A DNA stretch of 64,000 bases from an uncultured Planctomycetota bacterium. GTDB taxonomy: Bacteria; Planctomycetota; Planctomycetia; Pirellulales; Lacipirellulaceae. This document shows, piece after piece, positions 23,629 through 34,281 of the stretch. The first letter of the stretch is position 1; every line of letters begins with the position of its first letter. The notes under the pieces were generated by a model. It ran no database searches. It was given only the letters and a program-made list of their open reading frames with translations, and was not told the DNA's origin. The stretch spans positions 1,696,001-1,760,000 of the forward strand of contig CAVRBU010000002.1 of the NCBI GenBank assembly GCA_963719315.1, in the 5' to 3' direction. Position numbers and translations under genes: made by a program.

Positions 23629-24618
23629 ATGTCGGATATTCACAGCGCCGCCGTTCTGCTCATGACGCTGCCCGAGGAATCGGCCGGCGATTTGATGGCC
23701 AAACTCGACCCGAAACAGGTCGAGCAAGTTTCGATCGAAATTGCCCGCACCCGTACTGTCGCAGCCGACGAGCAGGAGCGCGTGATCAAGGAATTCTCGG
23801 AAGCCAATCCCTCGATGGGTGGCCGCGGCGGCGGGCTGGAATTGGCGAAGGCGCTCATTCAAAAGGCCCTCGGCAGCAACGCTGCGGCGACGCTGTCGAA
23901 TATTCGCCAGTCGATCGAAGCGGTTCCGTTTGGCTTCCTGCGGAACGTCGATAGCCAAAACCTGCTGACGTACATCATCGACGAGCATCCGCAGACGATC
24001 GCGCTCATCATGTCGCACCTGCCGGCCAGCTTCAGCGCCGAAATTCTGGCGGGGCTGCCCGAAGCGCGGCGGATTTCCGTGGTAAAGCGGATTGCGACCA
24101 TGGGCCGCACGAACCCCGACATCATGCGCGAAGTCGAAAAGGGGCTCGAGCGGCGGATGTCGAGCGTGATGAGCCAGAGCTTCGAGCATGCGGGCGGCGT
24201 GGAAGCCGTGGCTGAGATGCTAAACGTTTCTGACCGGGCCACCGAGCGATCGCTGCTCGAGGGCCTCGGCGCGGAAGACGCCGAACTGGTCGAAGAAATA
24301 CGCCGGTTGATGTTCGTCTTCGAAGATGTGTCGCGGTTCGCCGACAAGGATATTCAGACGGTGCTCAAAAACGTCGAGACCAGCCAGTGGGCGATGGCGC
24401 TCAAAGGCGCGAGCGAAGCGCTCAAAGAGAAGATTCTCAAGAACATGTCGGAACGGGCGGCGGAAACGCTTCGCGAGGAAATGGAATACCTGGGCCCGGC
24501 CAAGCGCTCGGTCGTCGAGGCGAAGCAGCAGGAGATCGTGGACGTCATTCGCAAGCTGGAGGACAGCGGCGAGATCGATCTCAATGCGATCAATGAAGAA
24601 GAGGAGTTGGTGCAATAG
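23629..24618 (+). CDS. fliG: flagellar motor switch protein FliG
   Basis: EHPQTIALIM, GGVEAVAEML, MFVFED, ALKGAS, NMSERAA. Confidence 0.95.
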   Translation: MSDIHSAAVLLMTLPEESAGDLMAKLDPKQVEQVSIEIARTRTVAADEQERVIKEFSEANPSMGGRGGGLELAKALIQKALGSNAAATLSNIRQSIEAVPFGFLRNVDSQNLLTYIIDEHPQTIALIMSHLPASFSAEILAGLPEARRISVVKRIATMGRTNPDIMREVEKGLERRMSSVMSQSFEHAGGVEAVAEMLNVSDRATERSLLEGLGAEDAELVEEIRRLMFVFEDVSRFADKDIQTVLKNVETSQWAMALKGASEALKEKILKNMSERAAETLREEMEYLGPAKRSVVEAKQQEIVDVIRKLEDSGEIDLNAINEEEELVQ

Positions 24619-24620
24619 TG

Positions 24621-24698
24621 GTCGAGAGAGGAGGGTCGAGAGCCAGAGGATTTCCGGCCCTCGACGTTCGACCCTGGACCCGTGACTCTCGTCTCTGC
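24621..24698. repeat. degenerate heptamer hairpin repeat
   Basis: GTCGAGA/GGTCGAG/GCCAGAG ... CTCGAC/TTCGACC/CTGGACC. Confidence 0.6.
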
Positions 24699-24731
24699 TA
24701 GCATGAATCGCGACAAAACGGGGTCGCGTTC

Positions 24732-27449
24732 ATGTCTCTTTCGCCGATGATGCAGCAGTACCACGAGGCCAAGCGGGCCGCGGGCGATGCGCTGCTGTTG
24801 TTTCGGATGGGCGACTTCTACGAGCTGTTCTTCGACGATGCGAAGACGGCCGCCCGGGTGCTGGGCCTGGCGCTCACGAGCCGCGATAAGGGAGACGACC
24901 CGGTGCCGATGGCCGGCTTCCCGTATCATCAGCTCGATGCTTATCTGGCCAAAATCATCGCGGCCGGGCACCGCGCGGCGATTTGCGAACAGGTCGAAGA
25001 CCCGAAGCAGGCGAAGGGGCTCGTGAAGCGCGAGGTGACGCGGATCGTCACGCCGGGGACGCTTACGGATGATGCGCTGCTCGACCCGCAGGCGAGTAAT
25101 TTTTTGGCGGCGATCGCGTTTCCTACGGGAGGCGCTAAGCCGCAAGCGGCGGGTGCGGGGATTGCTTGGGTGGATGTCTCGACGGGCCGGTTTTACGCCG
25201 CCGTGTTTGCGATGGAGCAGGTCGCCGATCAGTTGGCACGGATCGAGCCGGCGGAATTGCTCATCAGCGACGACGCCACGATGCCGCCGCGCGATTGGGC
25301 AACCGGCGACGCCATCACCCGCCGCCCCGCTTGGACGTTCGGCCGCACGACGGCACTCGAAGCGCTCACCAAACATTTTGGCACACGCTCGCTGGAAGGG
25401 TTTGGCTTCGAGGCTGACACGGTTGGCGGAACCGTCGTAGCGCTGCGGGCGGCCGGGGCCGTGCTCAATTACCTGGCTGAAACTCAGAAGGCGTCGCTCG
25501 GCCATATCAATCGGCTCATTCGGTACTCAACGGATGAGCGGCTGGCGATCGACCCTGCGACGCGGCGGAGCTTGGAAATCGTTGCCACCATTCGCGACGG
25601 AGGGCGAGAGGGATCGCTCCTGGGCACGCTCGATCGCACCGTGACGTCGTTAGGCGCCCGGCTGCTGGCGGATTGGTTGGCCGCACCGCTCACGAATGTG
25701 GCCGAAATCAATGCGCGGCTAGATGCGGTCGCGGAGCTTGTTGCGGATGCCAACACTTCGAATCAACTTCGCGAATCGCTGCGGCAGATTTACGATATCC
25801 AGCGGCTGTTGGCGCGCGTGATCACCGGTCGGGCCTCGCCGCGCGATTTGGCGTACCTCGGTCGCACACTGGCGTGCTTGCCGAAAATCAAGGCCAAGCT
25901 CACCGGTCGGGCGAGTGCCCTGCTCTGCCGCTTGGAGAACCGCGTCGATTTATGCGCCGATATCCGCGGCCCACTCGAACAAGCGCTCGTCGAAGATTGC
26001 CCGCTCACTGCCCGCGATGGTGGGTTCATCCGCGCTGGCTATCGGAGCGACGTGGATGAGTTCCGCGAGTTAATGGCTGGCGGCAAACGGTGGATGGCCG
26101 AATATCAAGCGGCCGAGTGCCAACGGACGGGCATCGCGAGCATGAAGGTCGGGTTCAACCAGGTGTTTGGCTTCTATTTGGAAGTCACGCACACGCACCG
26201 CGACAAGATTCCGGCCAATTACATTCGCAAGCAAACGCTGAAGAATGCCGAGCGGTACGTGACGCCGGAGCTCAAAGAATACGAAGAAAAAGTGCTCGCG
26301 GCGGAGGACAAACTGAAGCAGCTCGAACAAGAGCTGTTCGTGCAGCTTCGCGATATGGTGGCGGTCGCCGCTCCACGATTGCAGGCGACGGCCGAAGCGT
26401 TGGCCGAGATCGACGTGCTGGCCAGCCTGGCTGAACTGGCGCGTTCGCGCAATTACGTGCGGCCGACCGTCGTTGTGGAACCCGTGCTCGATATCGAAGC
26501 CGGACGGCACCCGGTGCTGGATATCACCGAGCCGAATGGGACGTTTGTGCCGAATGATGTGCGTTGTGCTGCGAGGAGTGAGGAGCGAAGTGCGAGTAGT
26601 GAAAACTCGTCGCTCGAGCCTCGCGGCTCGCTGCTGCTCATCACTGGACCCAATATGGCCGGCAAGAGCACCTACATTCGGCAAGCCGCGCTGCTCACGC
26701 TGATGGCTCAAATGGGCAGCTTCGTGCCGGCGCGGCGGGCGGTGGTCGGCGTTGCCGATCGCATATTTGCCCGCGTGGGCGCGAGTGACGAATTGTCGCG
26801 CGGCCAAAGCACGTTCATGGTGGAGATGACCGAGACGGCACGGATTCTCAACACGGCTACGCCGAGGAGCCTGGTGATCCTGGATGAGATCGGCCGCGGC
26901 ACGAGCACGTACGATGGGCTATCGCTGGCCTGGAGCATCGTCGAGCACCTCCACGACGCCATCGGCTGCCGCACGCTTTTCGCCACGCATTACCACGAGC
27001 TAACCGATTTGGAACTGCAACTTGCGGGCGTGCAAAACTTTAACGTGGCCGTGAAGGAGTGGGACGACCAGGTCGTGTTCCTGCATCAGATTGTGCCTGG
27101 CGCGGCGGACAAGAGCTACGGCATTCACGTCGCCCAACTCGCCGGCGTGCCGCGGGCTGTGAACGATCGTGCCCGCGAGGTATTGGAATGGCTTGAAGCG
27201 CAGCACCAAGCGGCGGACAGTGCTGCAGCAGCGACAAAAGCAGTTGACCCACCCCCTGCTTTCTCGAATGGCCACCATGGGCGGCAGTCGAGTCATTGGC
27301 AAATGACGCTGTTTGGCGTCGAAGAACACCCATTGCTCGATGAAATTCGGGCTGCTGAACTCGATGACATTGCTCCAAGCAACGCCCTGGACTTGATCCG
27401 CGATTGGCAGCAAAGGCTTGCGAATGAAGTGGCGCCCTCCAAGCGGTAG
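24732..27449 (+). CDS. mutS: DNA mismatch repair protein MutS
   Basis: FRMGDFYELF, TGPNMAGKST, STFMVEM, DEIGRGT, FATHY, SYGIHVA. Confidence 0.98.
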   Translation: MSLSPMMQQYHEAKRAAGDALLLFRMGDFYELFFDDAKTAARVLGLALTSRDKGDDPVPMAGFPYHQLDAYLAKIIAAGHRAAICEQVEDPKQAKGLVKREVTRIVTPGTLTDDALLDPQASNFLAAIAFPTGGAKPQAAGAGIAWVDVSTGRFYAAVFAMEQVADQLARIEPAELLISDDATMPPRDWATGDAITRRPAWTFGRTTALEALTKHFGTRSLEGFGFEADTVGGTVVALRAAGAVLNYLAETQKASLGHINRLIRYSTDERLAIDPATRRSLEIVATIRDGGREGSLLGTLDRTVTSLGARLLADWLAAPLTNVAEINARLDAVAELVADANTSNQLRESLRQIYDIQRLLARVITGRASPRDLAYLGRTLACLPKIKAKLTGRASALLCRLENRVDLCADIRGPLEQALVEDCPLTARDGGFIRAGYRSDVDEFRELMAGGKRWMAEYQAAECQRTGIASMKVGFNQVFGFYLEVTHTHRDKIPANYIRKQTLKNAERYVTPELKEYEEKVLAAEDKLKQLEQELFVQLRDMVAVAAPRLQATAEALAEIDVLASLAELARSRNYVRPTVVVEPVLDIEAGRHPVLDITEPNGTFVPNDVRCAARSEERSASSENSSLEPRGSLLLITGPNMAGKSTYIRQAALLTLMAQMGSFVPARRAVVGVADRIFARVGASDELSRGQSTFMVEMTETARILNTATPRSLVILDEIGRGTSTYDGLSLAWSIVEHLHDAIGCRTLFATHYHELTDLELQLAGVQNFNVAVKEWDDQVVFLHQIVPGAADKSYGIHVAQLAGVPRAVNDRAREVLEWLEAQHQAADSAAAATKAVDPPPAFSNGHHGRQSSHWQMTLFGVEEHPLLDEIRAAELDDIAPSNALDLIRDWQQRLANEVAPSKR

Positions 27450-27454
27450 CCATT

Positions 27455-27568
27455 AGCAGCAGGCATGCTCCGCATGCCGTAGCAGAATCGCCAACACCCG
27501 CTGGCGTACCATTCGGGCGACTAGCCGAACACCGATGCTGTTACGGCACGCGGAGCGTGCGCTTCTAC
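27455..27568. repeat. REP doublet
   Basis: GGCATGCTCCGCATGCCGT ... ACGGCACGCGGAGCGTGCGCTTCTAC. Confidence 0.7.
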
Positions 27569-27704
27569 TTTTGAGCGTTGGCGAAGCCTCTTTTTACCGG
27601 TAAGATGGTCAATTCGCAACAGGTCGTCAATTCACTGTCTGGATTGCCAACGTCAGCTCTTTTCTGTCCCTGCATCCGTATCCTGCATCCTGTCCCCTCC
27701 ATCG

Positions 27705-30380
27705 ATGCCTCGCTACAACCACGCCACGATCGAACCCAAATGGCAAGCGTATTGGGACCAGCACCAAACGTTTGCGGCGCCGCGGATGCCGAAACCGGGC
27801 ACGAAGAAGCTGTACGCGCTCGATATGTTCCCGTACCCCAGCGGCGATGGGCTGCACGTCGGCCATCCGGAAGGGTACACGGCGACCGATATCGTCTGCC
27901 GCGCCGCACGGATGCAAGGCCGAAGTGTGATTCACCCGATGGGTTTCGATGCTTTCGGGTTGCCGGCAGAGGAGCACGCGATCAAGACGGGCGAGCATCC
28001 GCGGTCGCAGACGGAGAAGAATATCGAAACGTTCCGGCGGCAACTGAAATCGCTCGGCTTCTCGTACGATTGGGGCCGCGAGCTGGCGACGACGGATGTC
28101 GAGTACGTTCGCTGGACGCAGTGGATCTTTTTGCAGATTTTCGATACGTGGTTCGACGCCGAACAGCAGCGCGGCCGGCCGATCGGCGACTTGCCGATAC
28201 CCGCCGACGTGCAGGCCGCGGGCGACGATGCGGTTCGCACCTATCGCGATGAACATCGTTTGGCGTATCAGACTGAAGCGCCCGTCAACTGGTGCCCTGC
28301 CCTTGGCACTGTGCTGGCGAATGAAGAAGTGGTAAACGGCAAGAGCGAAGTCGGCGGCCACCCCGTCGTGCGGATGCCGCTGCGGCAGTGGATGCTGCGG
28401 ATTACGGCGTACGCCGACCGATTGGAGAACGATTTGGAATCGCTCGATTGGTCGCCGGGCATCAAAGCGCTGCAGCGGAATTGGATCGGGCGGAGTACGG
28501 GAGCGGAGGTGGATTTCTACATCGGCCAAAATGTGGGTGGCGCCGGCTCCGTCAAAGCTGACTTCGAAAAGTGGAAGTCCGAACGTGCCAAAACTGGCTT
28601 CCCTCGCAAACCCGAAGATGACGTTCTCCGCGTTTACACGACGCGGCCTGACACTCTTTTCGGTGCGACCTACATGGTAATTGCACCGGAGCACCCCTTC
28701 GTGGGCCGCCTCACGACGCCAAAGCATAAGGCCGCTGTCGAATCGTATTGCGAAGCCGCCGCGCGAAAGAGTGACCTCGACCGCACAGAATTAGCGAAGG
28801 AAAAGACGGGCGTATTTACGGGAAGCTACGCGATCAACCCAGTGAACGACGAGTCGATACCGATTTGGGTCGCCGATTACGTGCTCATCAGCTATGGCAC
28901 CGGTGCGATCATGGCAGTGCCGGCGCACGATGAGCGTGATTTCGAATTCGCACGTCAGTTCGGTCTGCCTATCACTGCGGTTGTCGATCCATGCAAGGCG
29001 GTGTCCGGCGCGGAGCGCGAAGAAGTCCTCGCGGGCAAGCAGGTGTTCTCTGGAAACGGGGTCGCGACCAATTCGGGCAGCTACAACGGTCTGCCGACGC
29101 CCGAGTTCAAATCCAAGATCACTGCCGGCCTCACAAAACAAGGTCTGGGTGGCCAAGCGGTTAACTATAAACTGCGCGATTGGCTTTTTTCGCGGCAGCG
29201 GTTTTGGGGGGAGCCGTTTCCAATCTTGCACGAGCTTGATGCAAACGGCAAACCGACCGGCCGCGTGCGCGCAGTCGATGAAAAGAATTTGCCCGTTGAT
29301 CTGCCTCACCTCGAAGACTTCAAGCCGCATGGGCGTCCGGAGCCGCCGCTCGATAAGGCGCCCGCGGAGTGGCTGTATCCAGTGATCGACGGCCAGCGTT
29401 ACAAGCGCGAGACGAACACAATGCCGCAATGGGCCGGGTCGTGTTGGTATTATTTGCGGTTTCTTGACCCGCACAACAAGGAAGCAGCCATCGATCCAAC
29501 GGTGGAAAAAGCTTGGATGCCGGTGGATTTGTACGTCGGCGGCGCGGAGCATGCCGTGCTGCACCTGCTGTACGCGCGGTTCTGGCACAAAGTGCTCTAC
29601 GACCGGGGGATCGTTTCGACGCCGGAGCCGTTTCAGAAACTCGTCAATCAGGGCATGATCCTGGGCGAGAACAATGAGAAAATGAGTAAGAGCCGCGGCA
29701 ACGTCATCAACCCGGACGCGATCGTGGCCGAGTATGGCGCCGATTCGCTGCGGCTGTATGAGATGTTCATGGGCCCGCTGGAGGCGGCGAAGCCCTGGAG
29801 CATGCAGGGCGTCAATGGAGTTCATATTTTTCTGAATCGCGTGTGGCGGCTCATCATCGATGACCGGGCGGAAGGGGTGGAGCTGAATGCGGCGGTGGTC
29901 GATCGGCCGCCGACGGGGGACGAAAACCGCGTGCTGCATCAAACGATTCGCGCAGTGACGGAGGATATTCGGAAACTGTCGTTCAACACAGCAATCGCCC
30001 GGATGATGGAACTCACGAATCACTTCACAACGGCCAGCGAACGGCCGCGCGAGGTGCTGGAGAAGTTCGTGCTGTTGCTCTCGCCGTATGCGCCGCATAT
30101 GGCGGAAGAGCTGTGGCAAGCGCTCGGCCATTCGCGGTCGCTTGCCTACGAGCCTTGGCCGGAATTCGAAGCGGCACTGGCCAAAGAAGACTCGATGGAT
30201 GTGCCGGTGCAGATCAACGGTAAAGTGCGGTCGAAGATCACAGTTCCGACGGATGCGGATACGGCTAAGCTGGAAGCGGCTGCCCGAAGCGACGAGCGCG
30301 TTGTTGAACTCATCGCCGGCAAACAAGTCGCGAAGGTGATCGTGGTGCCGGGACGGTTGGTGAACATCGTGGTAAAGTAA
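27705..30380 (+). CDS. leuS: leucine--tRNA ligase
   Basis: [34 protein letters not shown]. Confidence 0.98.
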   Translation: MPRYNHATIEPKWQAYWDQHQTFAAPRMPKPGTKKLYALDMFPYPSGDGLHVGHPEGYTATDIVCRAARMQGRSVIHPMGFDAFGLPAEEHAIKTGEHPRSQTEKNIETFRRQLKSLGFSYDWGRELATTDVEYVRWTQWIFLQIFDTWFDAEQQRGRPIGDLPIPADVQAAGDDAVRTYRDEHRLAYQTEAPVNWCPALGTVLANEEVVNGKSEVGGHPVVRMPLRQWMLRITAYADRLENDLESLDWSPGIKALQRNWIGRSTGAEVDFYIGQNVGGAGSVKADFEKWKSERAKTGFPRKPEDDVLRVYTTRPDTLFGATYMVIAPEHPFVGRLTTPKHKAAVESYCEAAARKSDLDRTELAKEKTGVFTGSYAINPVNDESIPIWVADYVLISYGTGAIMAVPAHDERDFEFARQFGLPITAVVDPCKAVSGAEREEVLAGKQVFSGNGVATNSGSYNGLPTPEFKSKITAGLTKQGLGGQAVNYKLRDWLFSRQRFWGEPFPILHELDANGKPTGRVRAVDEKNLPVDLPHLEDFKPHGRPEPPLDKAPAEWLYPVIDGQRYKRETNTMPQWAGSCWYYLRFLDPHNKEAAIDPTVEKAWMPVDLYVGGAEHAVLHLLYARFWHKVLYDRGIVSTPEPFQKLVNQGMILGENNEKMSKSRGNVINPDAIVAEYGADSLRLYEMFMGPLEAAKPWSMQGVNGVHIFLNRVWRLIIDDRAEGVELNAAVVDRPPTGDENRVLHQTIRAVTEDIRKLSFNTAIARMMELTNHFTTASERPREVLEKFVLLLSPYAPHMAEELWQALGHSRSLAYEPWPEFEAALAKEDSMDVPVQINGKVRSKITVPTDADTAKLEAAARSDERVVELIAGKQVAKVIVVPGRLVNIVVK

Positions 30381-30382
30381 GG

Positions 30383-30490
30383 ATTGCGAAATGCAATTTG
30401 CAGAATTCAAAATGTCAGCTACTGCGGCGACATCGCAGAACCTCGCCCAATTTGCAATTTGCACTTTACAATTTGCATTTTGCAATTTCC
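30383..30490. repeat. heptamer hairpin repeat (TTTGCAA/TTTGCAT)
   Basis: ATTGCGAAATGCAATTTGCAGAA ... TTTGCAATTTGCACTTTACAATTTGCATTTTGCAAT. Confidence 0.75.
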
Positions 30491-30521
30491 GAATTGCGCC
30501 GCCCAACCATGGTGCGCACCG

Positions 30522-31823
30522 ATGAAAAACGTCGTCGCATTGGTGTTGGGCGGAGGGCGCGGCACGCGGTTGCTGCCGCTTACGGCGTATCGCTCCAAGC
30601 CGGCCGTGCCACTCGCCGGCAAATATCGGCTGATTGATATTCCGATTTCGAACTGCATCAACAGCGAGATCAATCAGATCTATGTGCTCACGCAATTTCA
30701 ATCGGTGAGTTTGCACCGGCATATCCGCGGCACGTATGGCTTCGATCATTTCAGCGGCGGATTCGTCGAGTTGCTGGCGGCCCAGCAAACGACGGAAGAG
30801 GCGGACGATCAGCGGCACTGGTATCAAGGTACGGCCGACGCCGTGCGGAAAAACCTCCGTCATTTCACGCAACCTGGCATTGAACACGTGCTGATCCTCT
30901 CTGGCGACCAGTTGTATCGCATGGACTTCCGCGAGATGCTGGCCACGCACAGGGCGGCCGGGGCCGAGGTCACGATTGCCGGCAAGCCAGTGAACCGGTC
31001 GGAGGCGGGGTCGCTCGGCATCATGCGTGTCGATCACAGCGGCCGGGTGGTGGGATTTCTGGAAAAGCCGAAATCCGACCGCGAGCTCGCCGACGTGGCC
31101 ATGGACTCCCAATGGCTCGAGGCCCGCGGCATCCCCAGCGATGGCCGCGATTGTCTGGCGAGCATGGGCATTTATTTATTTAACTACAAGACGCTTCTCG
31201 AAGCGTTGGAGAAGACGAACTATCCGGATTTTGGCAAAGATGTGTTCCCAGCCACGATTCGTTCGCGGCACGTGCAGTTGCACGTGTTCGACGGATACTG
31301 GGAAGACATCGGCACGATTCGTTCGTTTTACGAAGCCAATCTGCGGCTGGCAGGACCGAACGCATCGTTTGAGCTGAACTCGGCGACCGCACCGATCTAC
31401 ACGCGCACTCGCTCGTTGCCACCCACGCGGTTCGACGGGGCGACGATCCAGCACAGCCTGGTGGCGGATGGCTGCGTGATCGGCGGAGGCTCGCGGATTG
31501 AAAACAGCGTCGTCGGCCTACGTTGCCGGATCGGCCGCAATGTGACGATTCGTAACTCGGTCATCATGGGTGCCGACTTTTACGAAACGCCAGACCAACT
31601 TGCCGCCGATCAGCGCGCCGGGCGGCCACCAATCGGCATTGGCGATGGCACGACCATCGAGAACGCGATTGTGGACAAGAACTGCCACGTGGGCGCTGAC
31701 GCGAAAGTAATCGGCGATCCGCTACAGGTGGACCGCGTCGTCGGCGCAGGTTGGGAGATGCTGGACGGACTTTTGGTCGTGGCGAAGAATTCGGTCCTGC
31801 TGGATGGTTGGCGGCGGGAGTAG
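30522..31823 (+). CDS. glgC: glucose-1-phosphate adenylyltransferase
   Basis: GGGRGTRL, SKPAVP, WYQGTADAV, SGDQLY, YWEDIGT. Confidence 0.96.
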   Translation: MKNVVALVLGGGRGTRLLPLTAYRSKPAVPLAGKYRLIDIPISNCINSEINQIYVLTQFQSVSLHRHIRGTYGFDHFSGGFVELLAAQQTTEEADDQRHWYQGTADAVRKNLRHFTQPGIEHVLILSGDQLYRMDFREMLATHRAAGAEVTIAGKPVNRSEAGSLGIMRVDHSGRVVGFLEKPKSDRELADVAMDSQWLEARGIPSDGRDCLASMGIYLFNYKTLLEALEKTNYPDFGKDVFPATIRSRHVQLHVFDGYWEDIGTIRSFYEANLRLAGPNASFELNSATAPIYTRTRSLPPTRFDGATIQHSLVADGCVIGGGSRIENSVVGLRCRIGRNVTIRNSVIMGADFYETPDQLAADQRAGRPPIGIGDGTTIENAIVDKNCHVGADAKVIGDPLQVDRVVGAGWEMLDGLLVVAKNSVLLDGWRRE

Positions 31824-31991
31824 GCCGGACAGCGCCCAGCCTTCTTTTGCTTGCAGAACCGCTGCAACCCGTACTGCGTAGAACGGTTTCATGGACGAAT
31901 CGCCCACTTCGGGTAAGATTAAGCGTTGGCCGTTGGCTAGAATGAGAATGCTCGCGGCAATTCACAAAAAGTGAGCTTGGAGTGCCAGACA

Positions 31992-32801
31992 ATGCAGGCA
32001 GTTTGCGATAGTGCTCGGTTGATGCGGGGAATAGGCGCGGCGCTTGTAGTGGGTCTCGCGATGTGGGGCACGCGTTCGCTGGCCGCCACTAACGCGGCAC
32101 GTGACAGCGTCAAGATCGAGCCGTACACAGGCCCGCCGATTTTTTTGGAAGGAGCGGAGCAAACCGTAAAGCCGACGCTCGTTTCGCGGGAGACGTTGCG
32201 AGAAAAGTACGAAGACGGCAAGACGATTCGCGTGGAGCGCGAAGTCGCTCATTACTCGGATGATAATTTCGCAGCCGACGGCGCTTACCGCGAGTTTCAC
32301 CCCAACGGCAAACCGTTTATCGAAGGGAGATTCAAGGCCGGCCGGCAGGAAGGCGATTGGACTTATTACTTCGAAAATGGGCAAATCAATCGCAAGGCAA
32401 CGTTCGTCGACGGCAAGCCAAACGGTAGTTGGGAGATCTATCGAGAGGATGGCACGCTGGCGGCGAAGCGCGGTTTCAAGGACGGTGTGCGCGACGGCGA
32501 ATGGAGCTCCTACGATGAGACCGGCAAGCAGCAACTCACCGAAGAACACTATGTCAAGGGTGAGGCGGACGGCGTCTGGAAGGCCTGGTTTCCGAACGGC
32601 AAGCTCAAACAACAGGTTGCATTCAAGCTCGGCAAACGCGAAGGACTCAGCGCCGAATGGGACGATAAAGGCCAGAAGGTCATCGAAGCCGAATACGCTG
32701 ACGGCAAATTGAACGGCAAGGCGACGCGCTTTCTGCCGGATGGCAAAACGATCGTCCAGCAATATAAAGACGGCAAGTTCGTGTCGGAGGTGAAGCGGTA
32801 G
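31992..32801 (+). CDS. exported MORN-variant repeat (YwqK-like) protein
   Basis: signal peptide; repeats such as GxWxYYFENG and GxWxAWFPNG. Confidence 0.8.
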   Translation: MQAVCDSARLMRGIGAALVVGLAMWGTRSLAATNAARDSVKIEPYTGPPIFLEGAEQTVKPTLVSRETLREKYEDGKTIRVEREVAHYSDDNFAADGAYREFHPNGKPFIEGRFKAGRQEGDWTYYFENGQINRKATFVDGKPNGSWEIYREDGTLAAKRGFKDGVRDGEWSSYDETGKQQLTEEHYVKGEADGVWKAWFPNGKLKQQVAFKLGKREGLSAEWDDKGQKVIEAEYADGKLNGKATRFLPDGKTIVQQYKDGKFVSEVKR

Positions 32802-32884
32802 CGCTCGCCATTTGCGATTTTCGGCCGAGTGCCTGACGGCCGCCCCACACTCGCTTGCGCCTGGGCGAGTGACGAGGCGCTCTT

Positions 32885-33592
32885 CTACGAGAGTCGATTC
32901 GGGTCACCTGCCGAAGAGTTTTCGCTGCCGGCCCCCTCTTCCGCGGGCTCGATTTGCGAGCGGCGTTCGAACTTGCCGCGAAGGAGGTCCGCCACCAGGA
33001 ATACGCCGCCGACAAGCGTCCCGAGGAGATACCCAGCGACCGCGCCGAGCGGGATGCCAAAGAAGAGCGTGGCGAGAAACGATCGAGGGAGCGCATTGTG
33101 AGGGGTCAACCAGATGATCCACAACATCACAGGTAAGGCGATAGCCCCGGTCACGATGGAAACGCCACGGGGATTGAACGCTTGGAGGAACATCGCCTGA
33201 GCGGCCGCGATAATCGCCATGAGCCCGGCGATTACGACCATGAGGACGGGCGGCGTGCCGAACGCCGACAGGCCGCCCAGCAGCAGCGAATACGCGGCGG
33301 TGACGACGAAGATCGTGGCCAGATCGAATCGCCGCGGGGCGGAGTACAGGCCGGAAGCGTGGCTGCGGTCGAAGAGTTGCTCGTTAATCGCTTGCCAAAA
33401 AGGGTTGATCGCCGCGTCGGGCCGATGGAAATCGGGCCGATCGCTGCCGCTGATGGAATCTTCGAGGTGGAGCGTGACGAGGGCCGCGCGGTGTTCGTCC
33501 GGCAGCGATTTCCATAAGCGCGCGACGAGTTGCAAACGCTCGTCGGGTTCGAGCGATTGGGCGGCACGAAAGGCGTCGTCGAGGTCGGACAT
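32885..33592 (-). CDS. membrane protein with N-terminal addiction-module-like domain
   Basis: AAQSLEPDERLQLVARLWKSL followed by APRRFDLATIFVV and about four TM helices. Confidence 0.7.
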   Translation of the reverse strand: MSDLDDAFRAAQSLEPDERLQLVARLWKSLPDEHRAALVTLHLEDSISGSDRPDFHRPDAAINPFWQAINEQLFDRSHASGLYSAPRRFDLATIFVVTAAYSLLLGGLSAFGTPPVLMVVIAGLMAIIAAAQAMFLQAFNPRGVSIVTGAIALPVMLWIIWLTPHNALPRSFLATLFFGIPLGAVAGYLLGTLVGGVFLVADLLRGKFERRSQIEPAEEGAGSENSSAGDPNRLS

Positions 33593-34281
33593 CGGTAAGT
33601 GTGCGGGGATGCTGAACCACGCAAGGGTAGATCGTCTGCCTACCAATACAAATCAACTTCATCTCTATCGACGATGTGGCAATTCGAACAAAGAGGTTTT
33701 GAATCGGGCTCGCAAGTGGGCCGGGATCTCGTGCTTGTGATTAGACATGATCTGCGGTAGGCCGTCGAGTTCGACCAACTTCCCAATGGTTTGCTCGACG
33801 ATCGGCTCGCACGGCCACAAACTCAATAAATGGATTTGGTGAAGATTGCGTAGCCGCGAACAATTAAAACGGCTTGCGCTTTGGGCTGCGCAATGCGGGC
33901 GTGCTTTACATTGCGAATCGGCGACAGGCTTCCAATGAGCAGGTTGACGTCTTCGATCCGGCCGGAGTGCGCGTAAACGAAGGAATTGCGCCAAAGAAAT
34001 CGTGGAACCAGCCAGTCGCCGACCAGGGAGGGCGATGGCCACGACGCGATCTCCGTCACCGCGGTGGTGGTGGTGGTGGTGGTGGGCGATTAGCGCTTTG
34101 TCCAGCCGCTCTCGTCTCGCGAGGTGTGGCGGATCGCTACGATGGTGACTTGTTCGGAAGTGTGGCGGTTAGGGCCAGCACAATTCGCTCAAGTGCTCTG
34201 TCACGAGTGAAATGTTTGATCATCCGATACTGGCCTGAACGATGGGTTGAACGATACAATCCCGTTGAGATTGGGACCTCA

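Noticed and set aside
30384..30521. N-terminal extension of GlgC
   Set aside because: It is a translation of the intergenic heptamer repeat
27627..31112. Long antisense ORFs (366 aa and 773 aa)
   Set aside because: Shadows of leuS/glgC caused by GC-rich codon bias; the same applies to 7360..8334, 9274..10167, 15733..16488, 24354..25505 and 34888..36264
31992..32801. YwqK antitoxin of a toxin-antitoxin system
   Set aside because: A signal peptide and no adjacent toxin indicate a generic MORN-variant repeat protein
33665..34059. Minus-strand ORFs of 125 and 78 aa
   Set aside because: No recognisable motif or clear start; possibly decayed gene fragments
33874..34281. 136-aa N-terminal extension of the decarboxylase
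   Set aside because: Not protein-like; family similarity begins near the ATG at 34282
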